Of a stretch of 64,000 nucleotides of DNA, positions 1 to 9,664 are shown in pieces (position 1 is the first letter of the stretch; the number at the start of each line of letters is the position of its first letter). Location of the stretch: positions 14,851-78,850 of the forward strand of contig JAAEQW010000297.1 in the NCBI GenBank assembly GCA_024231025.1, given 5' to 3'. The notes under the pieces are model-generated. The model worked only from the letters and a program-made list of their open reading frames with translations, did not search any database and was not told where the DNA came from. The DNA is from Candidatus Omnitrophota bacterium. Lineage in GTDB: Bacteria; Omnitrophota; Gorgyraeia; Duberdicusellales; 4484-171. The position numbers were made by a program, and so were the translations under genes.

Positions 1-1
1 G

Positions 2-571
2 GGTGCGGGAAAAATCTTATCGTTAGAATTTTCTTTATGGTTTAAGGATCAGTTACATAAATTTATTGATAAAGGCGGTCTGGTAATCGGTATTTGTAAT
101 GGATTCCAGGTAATGGTTAAAATGGGCATATTGCCTGATGTTGATTTTTCTCAAAAAGTAACATTAACCGAGAATGATTCCGCGCGTTTTGAAACACGTT
201 GGGTGTATTTGAAAGTTGAAAATACCAGTAGCGCATGGTTAAAGGGGTTGGCAAACATAATAGCCTTACCGATTGCTCATGGTGAGGGAAAATTCTATAC
301 AGATAAGGAAAATTTAGTTAGAATAGAATCTAACAACAGAGTGGCTTTTCGTTATGTTGATCGGTGTGGTTCGCCGGTAGGATATCCGCTGAATCCCAAC
401 GGGTCCTTAGGCGGTATTGCCGGTATTACCGATGCTAGTGGGCGAATTTTAGGGCTTATGCCGCATCCTGAACGGTTTGTTTTTAAGCATCAACATCCTT
501 TCTGGATGAGTGAAGATCATGTGCCTTTTGGATTGCAGATGTTTAAGAACGCAGTAAAATATTTTGAATGA
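2..571 (+). CDS. FGAM synthase glutamine amidotransferase domain (PurQ-type or C-terminal domain of large PurL), 5'-truncated by window edge
   Basis: Frame is open from nt 2. Translation contains the class-I GATase catalytic motif GICNGFQ, plus PIAHGEGKF and MPHPER, typical of FGAM synthase glutaminase. The next gene is purM. Confidence 0.7.
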   Translation, partial: GAGKILSLEFSLWFKDQLHKFIDKGGLVIGICNGFQVMVKMGILPDVDFSQKVTLTENDSARFETRWVYLKVENTSSAWLKGLANIIALPIAHGEGKFYTDKENLVRIESNNRVAFRYVDRCGSPVGYPLNPNGSLGGIAGITDASGRILGLMPHPERFVFKHQHPFWMSEDHVPFGLQMFKNAVKYFE

Positions 572-1560
572 ATATGAAACTTAACTACAAAAAATCCGGA
601 GTAAACATAAAAGCTGCGGATCAATTTGTTAAAAGCATAAAAGGTGCTATTGCAACTAGTGCGATTAGCAAAATTTCTGCTTTTGGTTCTTTGTTTGATC
701 TTAATTCGGTACTTAAAAAATATAAAAATCCAATTTTGGTTTCTTCAACTGATGGCGTAGGAACAAAACTAAAAATCGCACAATCATTAGATATTCACAA
801 TACTATCGGTATTGATTTAGTCGCAATGAACGTTAATGATATTATCTGCCTTGGGGCGAAACCGTTATTCTTTCTGGATTACATTGCCTGTGGTAAAGCT
901 AAGCCTAAAGTGCTGAAAAGCATTGTTTCCGGTATCACTAAAGGTTTAAAAGAGTCTGACTGTGTGCTTTTGGGTGGTGAAACCGCTGAGATGCCGGGGA
1001 TGTATAGTGCTGGCGAGTATGATTTGGCTGGTTTTTGTGTAGGGATCGCTGATCGATCTAAGTTGATAAATGGACAAAAAATAAAACAAGGAGATTGCGT
1101 AATTGGTTTGTCGTCGAGTGGCTTTCACTCTAACGGATATTCTTTGGTTCGAAAAGCTTTAGGTTCAAAAGGCATTAAAAAGCACGCAAAAGCTTTAATT
1201 GTGCCGACTAAGATTTATGTAAAAGGAATACTTGCTCTACTAGATAAAGTGAATGTCAAGGGCATTGCTCACATAACTGGTGGTGCTTTTTATAATAAAG
1301 CTACAAAAATTTTGCCTAATGGATTAGGTATGGTTATTAATAAAAAAACCTTCAATGTTCCAGAAATATTTAAAGTGGTGGCGGCATCTGCTAAGGTAAG
1401 CGAGCGAGAAATGTATACAGTTTTTAACATGGGTATCGGAATGGTTGTCGTTGTTAATGTAAAACAAGCTGAGACTGCGCTTGGAATTCTAAATAAATAC
1501 TACAAGGCGCAGGTCATTGGTGCGATTGATAAGAGTAAAAAAAGGATGGTCTTATATTAA
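568..1560 (+). CDS. purM: phosphoribosylformylglycinamidine cyclo-ligase (AIR synthase)
   Basis: 330 aa with the DGVGTKLKIA PurM N-domain motif. Purine operon context. Confidence 0.9.
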   Translation: MNMKLNYKKSGVNIKAADQFVKSIKGAIATSAISKISAFGSLFDLNSVLKKYKNPILVSSTDGVGTKLKIAQSLDIHNTIGIDLVAMNVNDIICLGAKPLFFLDYIACGKAKPKVLKSIVSGITKGLKESDCVLLGGETAEMPGMYSAGEYDLAGFCVGIADRSKLINGQKIKQGDCVIGLSSSGFHSNGYSLVRKALGSKGIKKHAKALIVPTKIYVKGILALLDKVNVKGIAHITGGAFYNKATKILPNGLGMVINKKTFNVPEIFKVVAASAKVSEREMYTVFNMGIGMVVVVNVKQAETALGILNKYYKAQVIGAIDKSKKRMVLY

Positions 1561-1691
1561 TCTTTTTAAATAATTGTGAATTGCGAATTATGGATTTTGA
1601 ATTTTCTTTTTTTGGAAAAAGCGTATTTTTCGGATTCAATTTGAAATTCAACATTCGTAATTCAAAATTGAGTTAAGGAGGATTTCACGGG

Positions 1692-2981
1692 ATGAAAGTC
1701 TTAGTCATAGGTTCAGGAGGCAGAGAGCATTGCTTGGTTTGGAAATTGGCGCAATCGGCGTCGGTTGACAAAATATACTGCGCGCCAGGTAACGGCGGCA
1801 CCGATTTGATCGCTGAAAATGTGGATATCTCTGTGATGGCCATTGATAAACTATTGGAATTTGCTCTGGAGAATAAAATAGATTTAACAGTGGTCGGGCC
1901 GGAGCTTCCATTAGTTAATGGTATTGTTGATCGTTTTCAGGAAAAAGGGCTAAAAGTATTTGGTCCTACTAAAGACCTTGCCCTTTTAGAAGGGAGTAAG
2001 GTTTTTGCTAAAGAGGCGATGCAAAGATTTAAAATTCCTACTGCGGATTTTGCAGTTTTTGATGATTCCGTAAAAGCTAAAGAATATATTGCCCAAAAGG
2101 GTATTCCAATTGTGATCAAGGCCGATGGTTTAGCTGCCGGTAAAGGAGTTATCGTTTGTAACACCGTTAACGAAGCTTTAGGCGCAGTTGATCTAATAAT
2201 GGAGGAGAAAATATTCGGCCGAGCCGGCAATAAAATTGTTGTTGAAGAATGCTTAGAAGGTGAAGAAGTGTCGCTACTGTTGTTTACTGATGGAGAGTCA
2301 ATTGTTCCGCTGGTCTCCTCGCAAGACCATAAGCGCGCTCTAGATGGCGATCAAGGTCCGAATACCGGAGGAATGGGGGCTTATGCACCGGCTCCAATGC
2401 TTAATGATGGATTTCTAAAAAGAATTAACGATCAGGTATGCCGTCCGCTTGTTGACGGATTAAATAAAGAAGGTACCCCTTATAAAGGTTTACTTTATGT
2501 GGGGCTAATGATGCAAGATGGTCAGCCAAAGGTTTTGGAATTTAATGTTCGTTTTGGTGATCCTGAAACCCAGGCGATTTTGCCTAAATTAAAAAGTGAT
2601 TTAGCTGATTTAATGCTTAAGACGATTGATGGAAAACTCACTAATGTTCATCTGGAGTGGGATGATCGCTACTGTGTTTGCGTGGTATTGGCTTGTGCTG
2701 GATATCCAGGAAATTCACAGAAGGGTGGGGTGATTGAAGGATTAGATGAATTCAAAGATTTAGAAGATGTATATCTTTTTCATGCGGCAACAAAGAAGCA
2801 AATCGAAGATGGCACCGAAAGTATAGTTAGCAATGGTGGGCGAGTGCTAAATCTTGTTGGCTTAGGGCAAACGGTGCATGGTGCTCAGAATAAAGTGTAT
2901 TCTGCAGTTAAGAATGTAAAATTTGAAGGCATGCAATACCGTCATGATATTGGTAATAAGGCATTGCAATTGCCAAAATAA
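1692..2981 (+). CDS. purD: phosphoribosylamine-glycine ligase
   Basis: 429 aa ATP-grasp protein. N-term MKVLVIGSGGREH and the GGMGAY motif are typical of PurD. SD GGAGG upstream. Confidence 0.9.
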   Translation: MKVLVIGSGGREHCLVWKLAQSASVDKIYCAPGNGGTDLIAENVDISVMAIDKLLEFALENKIDLTVVGPELPLVNGIVDRFQEKGLKVFGPTKDLALLEGSKVFAKEAMQRFKIPTADFAVFDDSVKAKEYIAQKGIPIVIKADGLAAGKGVIVCNTVNEALGAVDLIMEEKIFGRAGNKIVVEECLEGEEVSLLLFTDGESIVPLVSSQDHKRALDGDQGPNTGGMGAYAPAPMLNDGFLKRINDQVCRPLVDGLNKEGTPYKGLLYVGLMMQDGQPKVLEFNVRFGDPETQAILPKLKSDLADLMLKTIDGKLTNVHLEWDDRYCVCVVLACAGYPGNSQKGGVIEGLDEFKDLEDVYLFHAATKKQIEDGTESIVSNGGRVLNLVGLGQTVHGAQNKVYSAVKNVKFEGMQYRHDIGNKALQLPK

Positions 2982-2989
2982 ATATTACC

Positions 2990-3140
2990 GAAAAACTTAG
3001 AGCGCAAAGCGTAAAACCATAGCGAAAAATTAAAAATTGTTCGGAAAAGTTTTAAGTTTTAAATTATGGTTCCCCGTATTGGCGGGGTCCCGCAAACAAA
3101 ATATATTAGGGTGCGGGATTTCGCTTTTAGTTTTTAATTT
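2990..3140 (+). repeat. family-1 MITE-like element, copy A (purD-purE spacer)
   Basis: Terminal motifs gcgcaaagcgtaaaaccatagcgaaaaatt ... tttcgcttttagttttt. Internal GC hairpins ccccg..cgggg and tcccgca..tgcggga. Confidence 0.55.
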
Positions 3141-3162
3141 GTAGTTAATAAGGAGGAATGAC

Positions 3163-3618
3163 ATGGCAAAAAAGATTCACGTAATACTAGGAAGTAAAAG
3201 CGATAAAACAGCAATTCAACAGGGTATTGACCTTATGGATAAGTTTGGGGTTGAATATAAGCTTGACATTCTTTCTGCTCATCGTAATGCAGAAAAGCTA
3301 CGAGAGGTTTGTCAGGCAATGGAAAAAGATGGGATAGAGGTGGTTATTGCCTGTGCGGGAATGGCGGCAGCCCTACCGGGGTTTATTGCTGCTTTTGTTG
3401 ATATTCCGGTACTAGGCGTTGCTATGAAAGGCGGCATGATGGATGGATTAGATGCGCTTTTTTCTATGACAAGTATTCCTCGTGGCATAGGACTTGCTTC
3501 TACCGGAGTAGGCAAAAGTGCGTTTGTGAACGCGGTTATTTTTGCCTTATCAATACTTTCCTTAAAAGATAAAGAAAGTCGCACTCAGCTAAAAAGCATT
3601 AAGAAAGAGTTTGAATAA
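3163..3618 (+). CDS. purE: 5-(carboxyamino)imidazole ribonucleotide mutase
   Basis: 151 aa with VILGSKSD, SAHR, AGMAAALPG and PVLGV motifs of PurE. SD AAGGAGG upstream. Confidence 0.8.
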   Translation: MAKKIHVILGSKSDKTAIQQGIDLMDKFGVEYKLDILSAHRNAEKLREVCQAMEKDGIEVVIACAGMAAALPGFIAAFVDIPVLGVAMKGGMMDGLDALFSMTSIPRGIGLASTGVGKSAFVNAVIFALSILSLKDKESRTQLKSIKKEFE

Positions 3619-4682
3619 TGAAAAAGATTTCTTTGGATCCAAAAAATATTGATCATTCTTTAATTAAGGAAGCAGCTAAAGTTTTGACTTCCGGTGGAGT
3701 TGTTGCTTTGCCAACCGAAACCGTTTATGGTTTAGCTGGGCGTCCTGATAAACAGGCAACAGTAGATAAGCTTTATTCAATAAAAAAAAGGCCGAAAGAC
3801 AAGCCATTCAGTATTGCCGTAGATGATCCTGAGAAAGCAATTAGATTTTATTTAGCTACCTTGCCACCGTTTGGATACAGATTGTTAGAAGAATTTTGGC
3901 CGGGGCCGCTTACGGTAGTTTTCTATGACCGCAATGATAAAGCAATAGGCGTGCGTGTGCCTGATAGCCCGATAATTAGAGAAGTTCTGAAAGAAGCAAA
4001 TACACCGGTTTGTCTTCCTTCAGCAAATGTTAGCGGGGAAGGCGAAATTTTATCGGCTGATGGAGTTGAAGAAACTTTTGGTAATGAAGTTGATTTAATA
4101 GTTGATGGTGGGCCCTGCGAACATGGCCGTGCATCAACTGTGTTAGATTTAACTTTTTACCCATTTAAAATATTAAGGCATGGGGTTGCCTCAGAGAAAA
4201 GAATAATCGAGGTTTTTACCCGAAAAAGAATACTTTTTGTTTGCACTGGGAATACTTGCCGTTCACCGATGGCTCAATTTCTTATGCAGATTTACCTAGC
4301 CCAAATGAGCCCATATGCACAGAGCAGATACGAGGTTATTTCGCGGGGGATATCTGCATTTGGCGGATTAATGGCGGCATCCAACGTGATTGAAGTTATT
4401 AAAGAAAAAGAAAAAGTGGATGTTTTAAATTTTGTTTCTCAGAAATTAGACAGATACACTCTTTTATCTTCGGATCTTATTTTTACCATGGAAGACGATC
4501 AACTTAATTACGTTTTAAAATTTGAGCCAACCGTTGAGGGAAGGATTTTTAATTTGAAAAAGTTTTTGCCTGCTGAATTTGAAAATGATATTTCTGATCC
4601 CGTAGGCAAGGGTAAAGAGGTTTATGAGCAACTTTATGAAACTTTGAGTCAGGCGATTAAAGAGCTTATGAATTGGCTGTAA
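3618..4682 (+). CDS. fusion protein: L-threonylcarbamoyladenylate synthase (TsaC/YrdC domain) + low-molecular-weight phosphatase (YwlE-like arginine phosphatase)
   Basis: N-terminal ~195 aa carries VALPTETVYGLAG (YrdC/TsaC). C-terminal ~155 aa carries FVCTGNTCRSPMAQ (CX5R P-loop, almost identical to the B. subtilis YwlE P-loop) and a DPxG loop. Followed by rpiB and glyA, as in the ywlC-ywlE-ywlF-glyA neighbourhood. Confidence 0.75.
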   Translation: MKKISLDPKNIDHSLIKEAAKVLTSGGVVALPTETVYGLAGRPDKQATVDKLYSIKKRPKDKPFSIAVDDPEKAIRFYLATLPPFGYRLLEEFWPGPLTVVFYDRNDKAIGVRVPDSPIIREVLKEANTPVCLPSANVSGEGEILSADGVEETFGNEVDLIVDGGPCEHGRASTVLDLTFYPFKILRHGVASEKRIIEVFTRKRILFVCTGNTCRSPMAQFLMQIYLAQMSPYAQSRYEVISRGISAFGGLMAASNVIEVIKEKEKVDVLNFVSQKLDRYTLLSSDLIFTMEDDQLNYVLKFEPTVEGRIFNLKKFLPAEFENDISDPVGKGKEVYEQLYETLSQAIKELMNWL

Positions 4683-4868
4683 TAAGTTATAAGTTGTAAG
4701 TTGTAAGGATTAAGAAGTTAGCTAAAAACGAAAAACTAAAAGCGAAAAGCCATAATTTAAAACTTAAAATTTATTTCCGGAATAAATAATTATTTTACTT
4801 TTAAATTTTACGCTATGGTTTTACACTTTACGTTCTCAGTTTTTCGTTATGTTGTAATTTATGACTAA
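4683..4868 (+). repeat. family-1 MITE-like element, copy B (tsaC-rpiB spacer), preceded by agttataagttgtaag taagt repeats
   Basis: Inverted terminal repeats aacgaaaaact...ccataatttaaaac / gctatggttttac...cagtttttcgtt around the near-palindromic centre ttatttccggaataaataa. Confidence 0.7.
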
Positions 4869-4884
4869 AAAATGGAGTTGATTA

Positions 4885-5352
4885 ATGAAAATTTCAATTG
4901 CAAGTGATCATCGCGGGTTTAAATTAAAAGCTGTACTAACCGCTTTTTTAGAGTCTAAGGGTCATGTTGTTGTTGATTTTGGAACCCATAGCCCTGATGC
5001 TTGTGATTACCCTGATTATGTATATCCAGCTTGCTTGGCTGTGAAAAATAAAAAAGTAGAACGATCGATAATAATTTGTTATACCGGCATTGGTAGTTGC
5101 ATTGCGGCTAATAAAGTGAAAGGGGTGCGCGCGGCATTAGCTTATAGTCAGAAAAGTGCCACTCTTTCAAGACAGCATAACAATAGTAACGTTTTAGTTT
5201 TACCATCAAATTTATTAAAAAATGACTTAATAAAAAAGCTGATACTAACTTGGTTGAAAGCTGAATTCCAAGGCGGACGACACCATCAAAGAGTAAAAAA
5301 AATCAAAAAAATTGAGGAGAAAGAAAATGCTCAAAGACCTAAAGAAAATTGA
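4885..5352 (+). CDS. rpiB: ribose-5-phosphate isomerase B (RpiB/LacAB family)
   Basis: [15 protein letters not shown] start and [13 protein letters not shown] are typical of RpiB. Basic C-terminal tail overlaps the glyA start. Confidence 0.8.
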   Translation: MKISIASDHRGFKLKAVLTAFLESKGHVVVDFGTHSPDACDYPDYVYPACLAVKNKKVERSIIICYTGIGSCIAANKVKGVRAALAYSQKSATLSRQHNNSNVLVLPSNLLKNDLIKKLILTWLKAEFQGGRHHQRVKKIKKIEEKENAQRPKEN

Positions 5353-6574
5353 TCGTCAGATTTATAATAGCGTGCTTCGTGAGTTTGAGCGTCAACGTCA
5401 ACATATTGAATTAATCGCTAGTGAAAATTTTGCACCTTTAGCAGTTATGCAAGCCCAAGGAAGCGTGTTAACCAATAAATATGCCGAAGGGTATCCTGGT
5501 GCGCGTTGGTATGGTGGGTGTGAGTTTGTTGATCAAACTGAAGAGCTAGCAAGAGAAAGAGTAAAGGAGCTTTTTTCTGCTGAATATGCGAATGTTCAGC
5601 CTCATTCAGGTAGTCAGGCTAATATGGCGGTTATGATGGCAGTATTGAAGGCAGGGGATAGCATTTTAGCTATGGACTTGGCTTGCGGCGGTCATCTTTC
5701 TCATGGGCATCCACTAAATTTCAGCGGCAAATTTTATAATATTATTCCTTACGGAGTAGATAAAAACACTGAGTGTATTGATTATAATGAAATCGAAGCA
5801 AAAGCTTTAGAGTGCAAACCGCAAATGATAATTGCCGGTGGCAGTGCTTATCCGCGCATTATTGATTTTGAGAAATTCCGTCAAATAGCTGACAAAGTGG
5901 GTGCTTATCTTTTGGTTGATATGGCTCATTTTGCCGGTTTGGTTGCAGCTAAGATTTATCCTAACCCTTGCCAGTACGCAGAGTTTGTTACTTCAACTAC
6001 ACATAAAACTTTACGTGGTCCTCGAGGTGGTTTTATTCTAGCCAGAGAAGAATTTGCAAAAAAACTTAATACTGCAGTTTTTCCGGGTGTTCAGGGCGGT
6101 CCGCTAATGCATGTTATTGCCGCAAAGGCTGTTGCTTTTGGTCTTGCTTTAGGAGACGATTTCATAGAGTATCAAAAACAAGTTGTTAAAAATGCCGATC
6201 ACTTTGCTAAAGTTATGGAAAAGAAGGGGTATCGAATAGTCAGTGGTGGCACTGATAGCCATCTTTTTCTTCTAGATTTAAGTTCAAAAGACATAAGCGG
6301 TAAAGAAGCTTCTTTAGTTTTAGAAAATACTAATATTACTGTAAATAAAAATCTGATTCCTTTTGATCCTAAGCCACCAGCTGTGGCCAGCGGAATTAGA
6401 ATCGGCACTCCTGCAGTAACCACTCGTGCAATGAGAGAGCGGCAAATGGAAGAAATAGCCGATTTGATAGACCGTGTTCTGATTAACAGAAACGATCAGC
6501 AAGAATTAGAAAAAATTAAAAAAGAGGTAGTTGCTTTGACTGATCAGTTCCCTCTATACCCAGAATTAGATTAA
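5327..6574 (+). CDS. glyA: serine hydroxymethyltransferase
   Basis: Highly conserved SHMT sequence ([24 protein letters not shown]-Lys region [12 protein letters not shown]). Start chosen at the ATG after SD GAGGAG, not the upstream Met of the ORF track. Confidence 0.9.
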   Translation: MLKDLKKIDRQIYNSVLREFERQRQHIELIASENFAPLAVMQAQGSVLTNKYAEGYPGARWYGGCEFVDQTEELARERVKELFSAEYANVQPHSGSQANMAVMMAVLKAGDSILAMDLACGGHLSHGHPLNFSGKFYNIIPYGVDKNTECIDYNEIEAKALECKPQMIIAGGSAYPRIIDFEKFRQIADKVGAYLLVDMAHFAGLVAAKIYPNPCQYAEFVTSTTHKTLRGPRGGFILAREEFAKKLNTAVFPGVQGGPLMHVIAAKAVAFGLALGDDFIEYQKQVVKNADHFAKVMEKKGYRIVSGGTDSHLFLLDLSSKDISGKEASLVLENTNITVNKNLIPFDPKPPAVASGIRIGTPAVTTRAMRERQMEEIADLIDRVLINRNDQQELEKIKKEVVALTDQFPLYPELD

Positions 6575-6575
6575 C

Positions 6576-7031
6576 ATGACAAAAAAAATTAAACGCCCTA
6601 ATTGGAACCAATACTTTATGAAAATGGCACACTTGGCAAGTGAGCGTTCAACTTGTTTGCGCCGAGCGGTTGGGGCGGTTTTAGTTAAGAATAAACAAAT
6701 TCTTGCCACCGGCTATAATGGAGCGCCTACGAATATTTCCCATTGCGAAGATGTTGGATGTCTGCGCCAAAAATTAAAAATTCCCTCTGGACAGCGCCAT
6801 GAGATTTGCCGAGGGCTGCACGCTGAGCAAAATGTAATTCTGCAAGCTGCGCGCCACGGAGTATCTTTATGTGATAGCGTCCTTTACATAACACATACTC
6901 CTTGCAGTATCTGCGCTAAAATGATTATCAATGCCGGAATCAAAGAAATTATCTGTGCCGGTACTTATCCCGATGAAAATGCCCAAACCTTCCTAAAAGA
7001 AGCCAAAATAAAACTAACCAGAATCAAATAA
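6576..7031 (+). CDS. dCMP deaminase (ComEB-like cytidine/deoxycytidylate deaminase)
   Basis: 151 aa with HAEQNVILQAA and PCSICAKMI zinc-binding motifs (H-A-E ... PC..C). Confidence 0.8.
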   Translation: MTKKIKRPNWNQYFMKMAHLASERSTCLRRAVGAVLVKNKQILATGYNGAPTNISHCEDVGCLRQKLKIPSGQRHEICRGLHAEQNVILQAARHGVSLCDSVLYITHTPCSICAKMIINAGIKEIICAGTYPDENAQTFLKEAKIKLTRIK

Positions 7032-7124
7032 TAAATCGAAAGATTTAATTCTATTGAAATCTTCACGTTAGGTGTGAAAAATACTATTGACCGTGAATCG
7101 TTTAGGCTTTAAACTGTAAGTAAG

Positions 7125-7586
7125 ATGAAGTGTCCGTTTTGTAACCATAATGAAGACAAGGTAGTTGATTCTCGTGAAACTTCTGAAGGCTTGGCCATAA
7201 GAAGAAGAAGAGAGTGCATTAATTGCGGTAAGCGTTTTACTACCTATGAATATGTTGAAAAAACACCATTAATGGTTGTTAAAAAGGATGGTCGACGTGA
7301 GCCTTTTAATCGCCAAAAAGTTCTTACCGGCCTGCTAAGTGCCTGTGAAAAACGGCCGATTAGCATGGAGCGTCTCGAGCGCCTTGTTACTGATGTTGAA
7401 GCTGATTTGCAGAAAAAATTTGACCAAGAAGTTGAATCTCGTTTTGTCGGTGAGGCGGTAGTTGAGAGGCTGGCTGAATTAGATGATGTTGCTTATGTTC
7501 GTTTTGCTTCTGTTTATCGCCAATTTAAAGATATCAATCAGTTTATGCGTGAGTTGCGTGAAATTTTGAGTAAACGAATCAAGTAG
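7125..7586 (+). CDS. nrdR: transcriptional repressor NrdR
   Basis: [18 protein letters not shown] zinc ribbon followed by an ATP-cone. 153 aa. Confidence 0.9.
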   Translation: MKCPFCNHNEDKVVDSRETSEGLAIRRRRECINCGKRFTTYEYVEKTPLMVVKKDGRREPFNRQKVLTGLLSACEKRPISMERLERLVTDVEADLQKKFDQEVESRFVGEAVVERLAELDDVAYVRFASVYRQFKDINQFMRELREILSKRIK

Positions 7587-7630
7587 TCTCATAAACCGAA
7601 ATACTTGTCTATTTTCGGCGAAGTTTAATA

Positions 7631-7664
7631 ACACAGATTAATATAAAATCTGTGTATTTTTTTA
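7631..7664 (+). terminator. Rho-independent terminator after nrdR
   Basis: Stem acacagatt / aatctgtgt with an 8-nt loop, followed by the run tattttttt. Confidence 0.6.
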
Positions 7665-7741
7665 TACTTCGGCGATACTTAGTGTTTGTTTTATTAAAAC
7701 TCTGCCTTCTAAGATGAGAAGGCGATGGAAGGTTTTATTCA

Positions 7742-8146
7742 ATGGTAAAATTAGAAATTTCTCAGATTATTATTGACGAAGGTAAAAGTGAACAAGTTAT
7801 TGTGCTTAATGAGTGCGATGGCCCTCGACGTTTACCGATTGTTCTAGGAAGCGCTGAAGCTTATGCGATTAGAGCTCATTTAAGCGGAGTAATTACACGA
7901 CGGCCGCTTACGCATGATCTAATGTATTCTTTTTTGAACACTATGGAAATTGAGTTAGAAAAAGTGATTATTGATAAATTAGTTGATAACACTTTTCATG
8001 CAAAGATCTATTTAATAACAAAAGATGATACCCTTAAAGTGGTGGACGCTAGGCCTTCTGATGGCATTGCTTTAGCGGTAAGAACCTCTTCGCCGATTTT
8101 TGCCGAGGAAAGCATTTTTGATCAATTGTCGAAAAAAGCGCAATGA
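7742..8146 (+). CDS. bifunctional nuclease domain protein (DUF151/BFN)
   Basis: 134 aa with the RPLTHDL hallmark and overall BFN-like layout. 4-nt overlap with cca. Confidence 0.65.
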   Translation: MVKLEISQIIIDEGKSEQVIVLNECDGPRRLPIVLGSAEAYAIRAHLSGVITRRPLTHDLMYSFLNTMEIELEKVIIDKLVDNTFHAKIYLITKDDTLKVVDARPSDGIALAVRTSSPIFAEESIFDQLSKKAQ

Positions 8147-9573
8147 ACCTATCTACTAATCTCAAAAAAATTCCTTATCTTGAGCAGGTGTCTCTAATTG
8201 CTTCGCGTAGAAAAACTACCGTTTGGCTTGTCGGTGGTTTTTTAAGGGATATTTACCTAAAGAAAAAGAAGGATTATATTGATTTTGATTTTTGTGTGGA
8301 AAATAAAACCCGTAGCTTAGCTTGTGATTTTGCCAAAAAAATAGAGGCAAAATTTATTGTATTAGACAAACAGCAGCAAAGTTATCGTGTAGTGAAAAAA
8401 TTGGCTAATAAAATCTACACTTACGATTTTACTGCCCTTAGGGGGGTGGATTTTAAAGATGACCTTTCATTGCGTGATTTTTCAATTAACACACTGGCAA
8501 TTGATCTAACCTCTAAAAACAAAAGAATAATTGATTACTATGGCGGGCGCAATGATCTTAAAAGTGGTATTATTCGTATTGTTCAAAAAAGAGTTCTCCT
8601 AGATGACCCATTAAGGATACTGAGAGGATTTTCTTTTATGGCTAATTACCGATTCAGAATTGAAGCAAAAACCATTAAAGAGATCACCCGTTGTAAGAAA
8701 CATCTTAGTAAAATTTCCGGTGAAAGAGTAGGGTGCGAACTGATGAAAATTTTTGCTGCGGACAATTGTTTTGCGGCAATTAAAAAGGCTGATGCTCTTG
8801 GGGTGCTTGATGCACTTATTCCGGATATCAGTAAGTGCAGGGGGGTTATACAAGGGGGGTATCACCACTTGGATGTTTGGAAGCATTCCCTTGAAACTCT
8901 TCGTCAGTTTGAAATTTTGCAGCATAAAATTTTTAATGACCACAAAGATGTTGCCAAATACATCAGTGAGGATTTAGCTCAAGGCAGAAAAAGAAGCCAG
9001 ATTATAAAATTGGCATGTCTTTTGCATGATATTGGTAAGCCAGTAGCAAAAAAAAAGAAAGACAAAAAAACTATTTTCCACAAACATGAAAAAATTGGCC
9101 GTGATCTGATTACCAAGATAGCATATAATTTACGCCTCTCTTCTAAAGAAACAGAAACTTTAAAACGATTAATATTTTGGCACCTTCGCCCCGGGTATTT
9201 AGCTGATCAAATTACACCGTCAAAGAGGGCGGTGTATCGTTTTTTTCGTGATACAGACATTGACGGTGCAGCGGTAATTTTATTATCTCTGGCAGATTGG
9301 CGAGCAACGCGTGGACCATTGACTGATTACGCAAAAAGGCGCCGGCATGAAAAAATTATGATTGGATTAGTTGACTGGTATTTCGCTGATAAAAAGAAAA
9401 AGCCATTAGTTAGGATTATCGATGGTTATGGCTTAATGAAGAAATTCAATCTTTTACCCTCGCCGTTAATTGGTAAAATCCTAAAAAAAGTTGATGAAGA
9501 ATACGCTTTAGGTCATATTTCTTCAAAAACACAAGCCTACGCTATTGCTAGAAAACTCATTGGAAAACAGTAG
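8143..9573 (+). CDS. cca: CCA tRNA nucleotidyltransferase with C-terminal HD phosphohydrolase domain
   Basis: Head domain GGFLRD...IDFDF (DxD) and RDFTINTLA. HD domain HHLDVWKHS / LLHDIGKP. Confidence 0.8.
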   Translation: MNLSTNLKKIPYLEQVSLIASRRKTTVWLVGGFLRDIYLKKKKDYIDFDFCVENKTRSLACDFAKKIEAKFIVLDKQQQSYRVVKKLANKIYTYDFTALRGVDFKDDLSLRDFSINTLAIDLTSKNKRIIDYYGGRNDLKSGIIRIVQKRVLLDDPLRILRGFSFMANYRFRIEAKTIKEITRCKKHLSKISGERVGCELMKIFAADNCFAAIKKADALGVLDALIPDISKCRGVIQGGYHHLDVWKHSLETLRQFEILQHKIFNDHKDVAKYISEDLAQGRKRSQIIKLACLLHDIGKPVAKKKKDKKTIFHKHEKIGRDLITKIAYNLRLSSKETETLKRLIFWHLRPGYLADQITPSKRAVYRFFRDTDIDGAAVILLSLADWRATRGPLTDYAKRRRHEKIMIGLVDWYFADKKKKPLVRIIDGYGLMKKFNLLPSPLIGKILKKVDEEYALGHISSKTQAYAIARKLIGKQ

Positions 9574-9599
9574 CAAGGGGGGGGCAATGCATGTTATTT

Positions 9600-9648
9600 T
9601 ATACCTTTTAGGGTATAAAGTATGGTGTTTTATACCTTTTAAGGTATA
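9600..9648 (+). promoter_or_regulatory. two palindromic operators TATACC-N6-GGTATA (predicted HipB binding sites), with a third half-site at 9672-9677
   Basis: tataccttttagggtata (9600-9617) and tataccttttaaggtata (9631-9648) are near-identical inverted repeats immediately upstream of the HTH gene. Confidence 0.45.
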
Positions 9649-9664
9649 ATTTTTTCAAAAAAGA

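Noticed and set aside
7587-7741. Possible tRNA or small RNA gene in the larger spacers (nrdR-BFN, ddl-ftsQ, ribF-mraZ)
   Set aside because: No cloverleaf features (no GTTCNANNC T-loop or matching acceptor stems). The spacers are explained by the terminator and repeat elements.
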